DNA of 64,000 nucleotides from NCBI RefSeq assembly GCF_055900595.2, contig NZ_CM148325.1; one strand, 5' to 3'. Shown piece by piece: positions 56,638 to 64,000 of this stretch (position 1 is its first letter; each line of letters starts with the position of its first letter). The notes under the pieces were generated by a model. It saw only the letters and a program-made list of their open reading frames with translations, ran no database searches and was not told where the DNA came from. The position numbers and the translations under genes were made by a program.

Positions 56638-57583
56638 CGTTAAGTTTTGCCGCTTCGGGCTGCTTGCCCCAGCCTTGCCACTGATGCTGGAAGTAAACGA
56701 TCAGCGTGCTCTGGCTGATGCTTTCGCTTAATACTTCAAAGAAGCGATTAGCATAAACCGGTTCCAGCGGTTTCTTCGGTTTACACAGTTTCACGCCACG
56801 GAACGGATTATGCGGTGCATCAGGCACAGCGTTTTTCGGCGGTGTAGAAGTATCAACCTGCGGTTCATTCAGCAAGCTGCTGGCTTTCACCAGTGTAATG
56901 TCTGGCGGCAGGTTATAAACCATCTGTTGCAACACGCGTACCGTTGAAAGGTGAGGATGCCCAATGGCAATGGTCGAACCGTTGCGACGCGCCAGGTCAA
57001 TTGCACGATTAAACTGCACACGGATGTCTGCTTCGTTCTGTGAATCGTCGAGGAACACCTTCCGTTTAATAACCTTCACGCCAGTGCCTTGCGCGGCGCG
57101 CATCGCCTGGGTATTACCGATGGTTACGCTGTCGAGGAAGTAAAGATTGTAACGCGCCAGTGCCTGCATCACTTTCTGCATACCAAACAGGTTAGAGGTC
57201 ATCTTGCTACCCATGTGGTTGTTGATCCCCACGGCATAGGGCACGTTATTGACCGCACTACGAATAATGCGCTCAATTTCGTCGCTGCTCATCTCCGGGC
57301 GTAGCGTATTTTTCTCCAGCGGCTGTTTACTCAGTGGTGCCATCGGTAGATGAATCAACACTTCGTGACCGCTGTTATGTGCTTTGGTCGCCATCTCTCT
57401 GGCGTGCGGTGAATCGGGTAATACAGCGACGGAGATAGCGGAAGGCATCGCCAGCACCTGGTTTTCGTTGTGCGGGCGATACCCAAAATCATCAATGACG
57501 ATGGCAAGTTTGCCAGCAAGTACGGGGGAGGAGAGCGCCAACAGAGCGGCAAATGCAAGAACGTTACGACGAAATGGAAACAA
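56624..57583 (-). CDS. yibQ: divergent polysaccharide deacetylase family protein
   Basis: 319 aa with signal peptide; YibQ family; 3' end overlaps waaH 3' end by 14 nt (convergent). Confidence 0.8.
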   Translation of the reverse strand: MFPFRRNVLAFAALLALSSPVLAGKLAIVIDDFGYRPHNENQVLAMPSAISVAVLPDSPHAREMATKAHNSGHEVLIHLPMAPLSKQPLEKNTLRPEMSSDEIERIIRSAVNNVPYAVGINNHMGSKMTSNLFGMQKVMQALARYNLYFLDSVTIGNTQAMRAAQGTGVKVIKRKVFLDDSQNEADIRVQFNRAIDLARRNGSTIAIGHPHLSTVRVLQQMVYNLPPDITLVKASSLLNEPQVDTSTPPKNAVPDAPHNPFRGVKLCKPKKPLEPVYANRFFEVLSESISQSTLIVYFQHQWQGWGKQPEAAKLNASAN

Positions 57584-57586
57584 AAC

Positions 57587-58846
57587 TTATCTTCCCAACC
57601 ACGGCTGTGGATTGACCGCCTGACCCTGGCGGCGAATTTCGAAATAGAGTGAAGGCCGACCCTGACCGCCACTGCTGCCCACCAGTGCAATTGGCTGGCC
57701 CGCGCGAACCTGCGAACCAACGCTCACCAGTGCGCTCTGATTATAGCCGTAAAGACTCATGTCGCCTTTACCATGCTCAACCACCACCACCAGACCGTAG
57801 CCTTGCAGCCAGTCAGCCAGAATCACCCGACCGTCGGCAATCGCTTTAACTTCAGTACCTTCAGAAGCACCAATCACCATCCCTTTCCAGCGCAGCTCAC
57901 CCTGTAGCTGCTCGCCATAACGATGCAGCGTCGGCCCGCGAACCGGCCAGAATGCCTGACCACGCGGCGCGCCCAGGCCACCAGTTCGGGACATCAGCGA
58001 TTTTTCGCTTTCGGTCGGTTTGTAGGTGGTGCCTTTGCGCGTCGCTTCTTTCTGACGGTCGCGAACCGCCTGGGCTTCGCGCGCCTCACGTTCAGCACGC
58101 GCTTTCGCTGCCGCTTCCGCACGGGCAATGCTGTTACGTAGACGAGATTCGTTGGCGCGCAACTCGCTCAACTGTTGTTGACCTTGCTGGATGGAAGACT
58201 CTAGCCCAGCCAGCGTCTTTTTACGCTCGTTCAGCGCCTGGGTCAGCTTCGCCTGTTGGGCGCGCTGCTCATATAACAGCGTTTGCTGCTCGCTCTGTTT
58301 CTCTTCCAGCTCGGCGCGTTGCATAGCGACTTCTTCACGCGTTTGTTTCAACTGAGCAATGGTTTCTTGTCGCGCCTGGTTGAGATAACCGAAATAAGCC
58401 TGTAAACGCTGACCACGCTGGCTTTCTTCACCGCTAAGAATCAGCTGAATACCGGTATGCTCGCCCTGACGGAATGCGGCATCCAGTTGTGCGGCGAGGC
58501 TGCGTTCCTGAGCGGCTTTTTGTTGCTCCAGCTTTGCAATCGATGCGTTCATCTCATCAATCTGTTTATTCAGTTGATTGAGTGTGTTTTGCGTTTCGCG
58601 CAGCTTGCGAGTGGCTTCAGAGATCGCTTCTTCCTGCTTTTTCAATTGTGCGAGCAGGCTTGCGCGTTGTTGTTGCTTTTGGCGTACCGCGCGCTCTTTC
58701 GCGGCGATATCGGCCTGAATAGATTTGAGTTGGTCGCGATCATCCGCGTGGGCGGAAAAGGCGCACAACAATACGCCAGCGCTAAGAACGCTGGCGTAGA
58801 TGATGGGCCTGATTGCAAACCTGCGCGGTTTCACGGCCCGTGTCAT
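57587..58846 (-). CDS. envC: murein hydrolase activator EnvC (coiled-coil + LytM/M23 domain)
   Basis: Signal peptide, long Q/A/E/R-rich coiled coil, C-terminal LytM domain. Confidence 0.85.
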   Translation of the reverse strand: MTRAVKPRRFAIRPIIYASVLSAGVLLCAFSAHADDRDQLKSIQADIAAKERAVRQKQQQRASLLAQLKKQEEAISEATRKLRETQNTLNQLNKQIDEMNASIAKLEQQKAAQERSLAAQLDAAFRQGEHTGIQLILSGEESQRGQRLQAYFGYLNQARQETIAQLKQTREEVAMQRAELEEKQSEQQTLLYEQRAQQAKLTQALNERKKTLAGLESSIQQGQQQLSELRANESRLRNSIARAEAAAKARAEREAREAQAVRDRQKEATRKGTTYKPTESEKSLMSRTGGLGAPRGQAFWPVRGPTLHRYGEQLQGELRWKGMVIGASEGTEVKAIADGRVILADWLQGYGLVVVVEHGKGDMSLYGYNQSALVSVGSQVRAGQPIALVGSSGGQGRPSLYFEIRRQGQAVNPQPWLGR

Positions 58847-58879
58847 GGTATTAATCGCCTTTCCCCTCATGGGGAGGGA

Positions 58880-60424
58880 TTATTCCACGATGAACAGCGG
58901 CTTACCAGTCATCTCTTGCGGGATTTCCATACCCATCAGCGACAACATGGTCGGCGCGATGTCAGAAAGTTTGCCGCCTTCAACCGCTTTCACGTTCTTA
59001 TCGCCAACGTAAATCAGCGGAACAGGCAGGTTGGTGTGCGCTGTGTGCGCCTGACCCGTTGCCGGATCGCGCATCTGTTCAGCGTTACCGTGGTCAGCGG
59101 TGATCAGCAGTTGTCCACCTACAGACTCAACCGCTTTCGCAACTTCATCCACGCAGTGATCCAGCGCTTCAACGGCTTTAACCGCTGCTTCCATCACCCC
59201 GGTGTGACCTACCATGTCGCCGTTAGGATAGTTACAGATGATAGTGTCGTATTTGCCGCTCTTGATGGCCGCAACCAGTTTTTCGGTCAGCTCTGCGGAG
59301 CTCATTTCTGGCTGCAGGTCGTAAGTTGCCACTTTCGGCGAGTTGATCAGAATGCGGTCTTCGCCTTTGAACGACTCTTCTACACCACCGTTAAAGAAGA
59401 AAGTGACGTGAGCATATTTTTCGGTTTCGGAAATACGCAGTTGAGTTTTGTCGTTTTTCGCCATCCACTCGCCGAAGGTGTTAACCAGAGAAGCTGGCGG
59501 GTAAGCAACCGCAGTTTTGATATCAGCGGCGTATTCGGTCAGCATCACGAAATCGATGTTAACCACTTTCTTACGCGCGAAGCCGTCGAAATCAGCGTTC
59601 ACGAAAGCACGAGTGATTTCACGCGCGCGGTCAGCACGGAAGTTCATGAAAATCAGCGCATCGCCGTCTTCCATTGCCGCGTCTGGCTGGCCTTCAGCAC
59701 GGATAACGGTCGCTTTCACGAATTCGTCGTTTTCGTCGCGAGCATAAGCAGCCTGCAAACCGGCAACAGCGGTGTCGGCCTGGAATTCGCCCTGCGCCAG
59801 CGTCAGCAGGTCATACGCTTTTTCAACGCGATCCCAACGATTGTCGCGGTCCATTGCGTAGTAACGACCAATGATGGACGCTACGCGGCCTTTGCCCAGC
59901 GCGGCAAATTTCTCTTCGAATTTTTTCAGCGAGGATTCAGCACTGCGCGGCGGGGTGTCGCGACCGTCAAGGAATGCGTGCAGGTAGATTTTTTCTGCGC
60001 CGCGTTCCGCTGCCAGTTCTACCATCGCCATGATGTGATCTTCGTGGCTGTGTACACCACCTGCGGACAGCAGACCCATAATGTGTACTGCTTTGCCTGC
60101 GTTTTTCGCTTTATCTACCGCACCAGTCAGCACCGGATTAGCGAAGAAAGCGCGATCTTTGATTTCAACGTCCAGACGAGTCAGGTCCTGATACACGATG
60201 CGGCCGGCACCCAGGTTAACGTGGCCTACTTCGGAGTTACCCATTTGACGGTCAGGCAGACCGACTTCCAGACCGGAAGCGTCGATCAGGGTATGCGGAC
60301 GATTGGCCCACAGTGCATCCATTACCGGGGTTTTAGCACTAAAAATGGCGTTATCCTGCTGTTCTTCGCGATAGCCATAGCCATCCAGAATCACCAGTAC
60401 CATAGGTTTTTTAGAAACCGACAT
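58880..60424 (-). CDS. gpmM: 2,3-bisphosphoglycerate-independent phosphoglycerate mutase
   Basis: 514 aa from [19 protein letters not shown]; iPGM family. Confidence 0.9.
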   Translation of the reverse strand: MSVSKKPMVLVILDGYGYREEQQDNAIFSAKTPVMDALWANRPHTLIDASGLEVGLPDRQMGNSEVGHVNLGAGRIVYQDLTRLDVEIKDRAFFANPVLTGAVDKAKNAGKAVHIMGLLSAGGVHSHEDHIMAMVELAAERGAEKIYLHAFLDGRDTPPRSAESSLKKFEEKFAALGKGRVASIIGRYYAMDRDNRWDRVEKAYDLLTLAQGEFQADTAVAGLQAAYARDENDEFVKATVIRAEGQPDAAMEDGDALIFMNFRADRAREITRAFVNADFDGFARKKVVNIDFVMLTEYAADIKTAVAYPPASLVNTFGEWMAKNDKTQLRISETEKYAHVTFFFNGGVEESFKGEDRILINSPKVATYDLQPEMSSAELTEKLVAAIKSGKYDTIICNYPNGDMVGHTGVMEAAVKAVEALDHCVDEVAKAVESVGGQLLITADHGNAEQMRDPATGQAHTAHTNLPVPLIYVGDKNVKAVEGGKLSDIAPTMLSLMGMEIPQEMTGKPLFIVE

Positions 60425-60668
60425 TGCGACAACCTCATACTCAAGAGTCAAAATTTGCGTAATTTTACTACAGCTGAATCGATAAAATAGCCTCTGAAGA
60501 TCAAAATATACGACCGCTCGCGGCAAGCCGATGCCAGATTTACGCTTTTTTTTCGTAGCACCCCGCAAAATTGCATTCCAGTTAACGCGCTGGCTGTATT
60601 TGCCGCACCGCGCAGGTATACTCCTTTCCTGGTTTTTTTAATCACTACGTCGGGAGTTGTTACCCCCC

Positions 60669-61100
60669 ATGCAAGAAATTATGCAATTTGTTGGCCGTCA
60701 TCCCATACTGAGTATCGCCTGGATCGCGTTACTGGTGGCGGTTCTTGTGACTACGTTTAAGAGCCTGACCTCGAAAGTGAAGGTGATTACTCGTGGTGAA
60801 GCTACACGTCTGATCAACAAAGAAGACGCTGTGGTTGTGGATTTACGTCAGCGTGATGACTTCCGTAAAGGCCATATCGCAGGTTCTATCAATCTGTTGC
60901 CGAGCGAAATCAAAGCCAATAATGTTGGTGAGCTTGAGAAGCACAAAGACAAGCCGGTTATCGTGGTAGACGGTTCTGGCATGCAGTGCCAGGAGCCTGC
61001 AAACGCGCTGACGAAAGCAGGTTTTGCGCAAGTATTCGTGCTGAAAGAGGGCGTCGCTGGCTGGGCTGGCGAGAACTTGCCTCTGGTGCGCGGCAAATAA
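60669..61100 (+). CDS. yibN: rhodanese-domain protein YibN
   Basis: 143 aa from [12 protein letters not shown]; N-terminal TM helix and rhodanese fold. Confidence 0.8.
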
Positions 61101-61241
61101 TTTACCTGTCGTCTTTCATGATGCAGGCCGTTAGCTGCAATTAGGCCCCCTGAGACTTATTGTTATAAGCTTCTGGGGACACTCCATTTTGCTGCCGCCC
61201 TGCAACATGAAATTTCAGGGTAAAAAAACAGGAGCTAATTT

Positions 61242-61493
61242 ATGGCCAATGTTGAAATCTATACCAAAGAAACCTGCCCGTATTGCCATCGTGCGAAAGC
61301 ACTGCTGAGCAGCAAGGGTGTGAGTTTTCAGGAGTTGCCGATCGATGGCAACGCCGCTAAGCGTGAAGAGATGATCAAACGCAGCGGTCGCACCACGGTT
61401 CCCCAGATTTTTATTGACGCACAGCACATTGGCGGCTGTGATGACTTGTATGCATTGGATGCACGTGGTGGACTGGATCCCCTGCTGAAATAA
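61242..61493 (+). CDS. grxC: glutaredoxin 3
   Basis: 83 aa; CPYC active site. Confidence 0.9.
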   Translation: MANVEIYTKETCPYCHRAKALLSSKGVSFQELPIDGNAAKREEMIKRSGRTTVPQIFIDAQHIGGCDDLYALDARGGLDPLLK

Positions 61494-61555
61494 CGTGTGA
61501 ACGTTGGCATTACATTGCGCAGTATTGAAGGACAACACTTAAGGGTTTTCTACAC

Positions 61556-62023
61556 ATGTCAGAACAAAACAACACTGAAATGACTTTCCAGATCCAGCGT
61601 ATTTATACCAAGGATATTTCTTTCGAAGCGCCAAACGCGCCGCACGTTTTCCAGAAAGATTGGCAGCCAGAAGTTAAACTTGATCTTGATACGGCATCTT
61701 CTCAACTGGCAGATGACGTTTACGAAGTGGTACTGCGTGTTACCGTAACGGCATCCCTGGGTGAAGAAACTGCGTTCCTGTGCGAAGTGCAGCAGGGCGG
61801 TATTTTCTCCATCGCGGGTATCGAAGGCACCCAGATGGCACATTGCCTGGGCGCATACTGCCCGAACATTCTGTTCCCGTATGCTCGTGAGTGCATCACC
61901 AGCATGGTATCCCGCGGTACATTCCCGCAACTGAACCTTGCGCCGGTTAACTTCGATGCGCTGTTCATGAACTATTTGCAGCAGCAGGCTGGCGAAGGTA
62001 CTGAAGAACATCAGGATGCCTGA
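61556..62023 (+). CDS. secB: protein-export chaperone SecB
   Basis: 155 aa [29 protein letters not shown]... Confidence 0.95.
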
Positions 62024-63042
62024 TGAACCAACGTAATGCTTCAATGACTGTGATCGGTGCCGGCTCGTACGGCACCGCTCTTGCCATTACCCTGGCAAGA
62101 AATGGCCACGAGGTTGTCCTCTGGGGCCATGACCCTGAACATATCGCGACGCTTGAACGCGACCGCTGTAACGCCGCGTTTCTCCCCGATGTGCCTTTTC
62201 CCGATACGCTCCATCTTGAAAGCGATCTCGCTACCGCACTGGCAGCCAGCCGTAATATTCTTGTCGTCGTGCCAAGCCATGTCTTTGGTGAAGTGCTGCG
62301 CCAGATTAAACCGCTGATGCGCCCTGATGCGCGGCTGGTGTGGGCGACCAAAGGGCTGGAAGCGGAAACCGGACGTTTGTTACAGGACGTGGCGCGTGAG
62401 GCGTTAGGCGATCAAATTCCGCTGGCGGTTATCTCTGGCCCAACGTTTGCGAAAGAACTGGCGGCAGGTTTACCGACGGCTATTTCGTTGGCCTCTACCG
62501 ACCAAACCTTTGCTGATGATCTTCAGCAGTTGCTGCACTGTGGTAAAAGTTTCCGCGTTTACAGCAACCCGGATTTCATTGGCGTGCAACTTGGCGGCGC
62601 GGTGAAAAACGTCATTGCCATTGGCGCGGGGATGTCCGATGGTATCGGTTTTGGTGCGAATGCGCGTACGGCGCTGATCACTCGTGGGCTGGCTGAGATG
62701 TCGCGTCTTGGCGCGGCGCTGGGGGCCGATCCTGCCACCTTTATGGGCATGGCGGGGCTGGGTGATCTGGTACTTACCTGTACCGACAACCAGTCGCGTA
62801 ACCGCCGTTTTGGCATGATGCTCGGTCAGGGCATGGATGTACAAAGCGCGCAGGAGAAGATTGGTCAGGTGGTTGAAGGCTACCGCAATACGAAAGAAGT
62901 CCGCGAACTGGCGCATCGCTTCGGCGTTGAAATGCCAATAACCGAGGAAATTTATCAAGTATTATATTGCGGAAAAAACGCGCGCGAGGCAGCATTGACG
63001 TTATTAGGTCGTGCACGCAAGGACGAGCGCAGTAGCCACTAA
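62023..63042 (+). CDS. gpsA: NAD(P)H-dependent glycerol-3-phosphate dehydrogenase
   Basis: 339 aa; [13 protein letters not shown]-binding motif; start overlaps secB stop (TGATG). Confidence 0.95.
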   Translation: MNQRNASMTVIGAGSYGTALAITLARNGHEVVLWGHDPEHIATLERDRCNAAFLPDVPFPDTLHLESDLATALAASRNILVVVPSHVFGEVLRQIKPLMRPDARLVWATKGLEAETGRLLQDVAREALGDQIPLAVISGPTFAKELAAGLPTAISLASTDQTFADDLQQLLHCGKSFRVYSNPDFIGVQLGGAVKNVIAIGAGMSDGIGFGANARTALITRGLAEMSRLGAALGADPATFMGMAGLGDLVLTCTDNQSRNRRFGMMLGQGMDVQSAQEKIGQVVEGYRNTKEVRELAHRFGVEMPITEEIYQVLYCGKNAREAALTLLGRARKDERSSH

Positions 63043-63121
63043 AACCAGGGAACCTTTGTTACCGCTATGACCCGGCCCGCGCAGAACGGGCCGGTCATTA
63101 TCTCATCGTGTGGAGTAAGCA

Positions 63122-63943
63122 ATGTCGTGTGAAGAACTGGAAATTGTCTGGAACAATATTAAAGCTGAAGCCAGAACGCTGGCGGACTGTGAGCCAATGC
63201 TGGCCAGTTTTTACCACGCGACGCTACTCAAGCACGAAAACCTGGGCAGTGCACTGAGCTACATGCTGGCGAACAAGCTGTCATCGCCAATTATGCCTGC
63301 CATTGCTATCCGCGAAGTGGTGGAAGAAGCCTACGCCGCCGACCCGGAAATGATTGCTTCTGCGGCCTGTGATATTCAGGCAGTGCGTACCCGCGACCCG
63401 GCAGTCGATAAATACTCAACCCCATTGTTATATCTGAAAGGTTTTCATGCCTTGCAGGCCTATCGCATCGGTCACTGGCTGTGGAATCAGGGCCGTCGCG
63501 CACTGGCTATTTTTCTGCAAAACCAGGTTTCTGTGACGTTCCAGGTGGATATTCATCCGGCGGCAAAAATTGGTCGCGGTATCATGCTCGACCACGCGAC
63601 GGGCATTGTGGTGGGTGAAACTGCGGTGATTGAAAACGATGTGTCGATTCTGCAATCCGTTACCCTTGGCGGTACGGGTAAATCTGGTGGAGACCGTCAC
63701 CCGAAAATTCGTGAAGGCGTGATGATTGGCGCAGGCGCGAAAATTCTCGGCAATATTGAAGTTGGGCGCGGTGCGAAGATTGGCGCAGGTTCCGTGGTGC
63801 TGCAACCGGTACCGCCACATACCACCGCCGCTGGCGTTCCGGCACGCATTGTCGGTAAACCAGACAGCGATAAGCCATCAATGGATATGGATCAGCATTT
63901 CAACGGCATTAACCATACGTTTGAATATGGGGATGGGATCTGA
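63122..63943 (+). CDS. cysE: serine O-acetyltransferase
   Basis: 273 aa; left-handed beta-helix hexapeptide repeats in C-terminal half. Confidence 0.95.
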   Translation: MSCEELEIVWNNIKAEARTLADCEPMLASFYHATLLKHENLGSALSYMLANKLSSPIMPAIAIREVVEEAYAADPEMIASAACDIQAVRTRDPAVDKYSTPLLYLKGFHALQAYRIGHWLWNQGRRALAIFLQNQVSVTFQVDIHPAAKIGRGIMLDHATGIVVGETAVIENDVSILQSVTLGGTGKSGGDRHPKIREGVMIGAGAKILGNIEVGRGAKIGAGSVVLQPVPPHTTAAGVPARIVGKPDSDKPSMDMDQHFNGINHTFEYGDGI

Positions 63944-64000
63944 CGTCCTGTGATTGTGCCAGATGCGATGTAATCATCTATCCGGCATACAGTAACTAAT

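Noticed and set aside
58457-60490. 677-aa ORF on the plus strand
   Set aside because: Antisense to gpmM and the end of envC; Cys/Phe/Arg-rich low-complexity translation typical of a shadow ORF.

Overview
This window is a contiguous stretch of an Escherichia coli chromosome, spanning the conserved cysE-gpsA-secB ... spoT-recG ... selC-setC-nlpA-yicS neighbourhood (K-12 b3607-b3662 region, here in reverse orientation). Gene content shows it is not K-12: relative to the K-12 order as I recall it, there are four accessory insertions or replacements and two apparent gene absences. (1) A roughly 7.2 kb PTS/aldolase/ROK-kinase/cupin sugar operon sits between yicI and yicH, matching the 'frz' operon described in ExPEC/APEC. 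(2) A compact retron (msr-msd plus a 319-aa reverse transcriptase with YCDD and VTG motifs) sits between pyrE and slmA, the known position of retron Ec107, with no effector gene beside it. (3) The central waa LPS outer-core genes are R1/R4-type and AT-rich. (4) A SicA/IpgC-family type III secretion chaperone and the start of an AT-rich island lie at the left edge beyond yicS. dinD (between yicC and yicG) and htrL (between kbl and hldD) appear absent. selC is intact and carries a decayed RhuM-like gene fragment at its 3' side. No CRISPR array, IS element or integrase was recognised. I did not find a convincingly novel system; the retron and the left-edge T3SS-associated island are the most interesting. 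All calls rest on reading the supplied ORF translations and sequence against remembered protein families and gene order; no database search was run.
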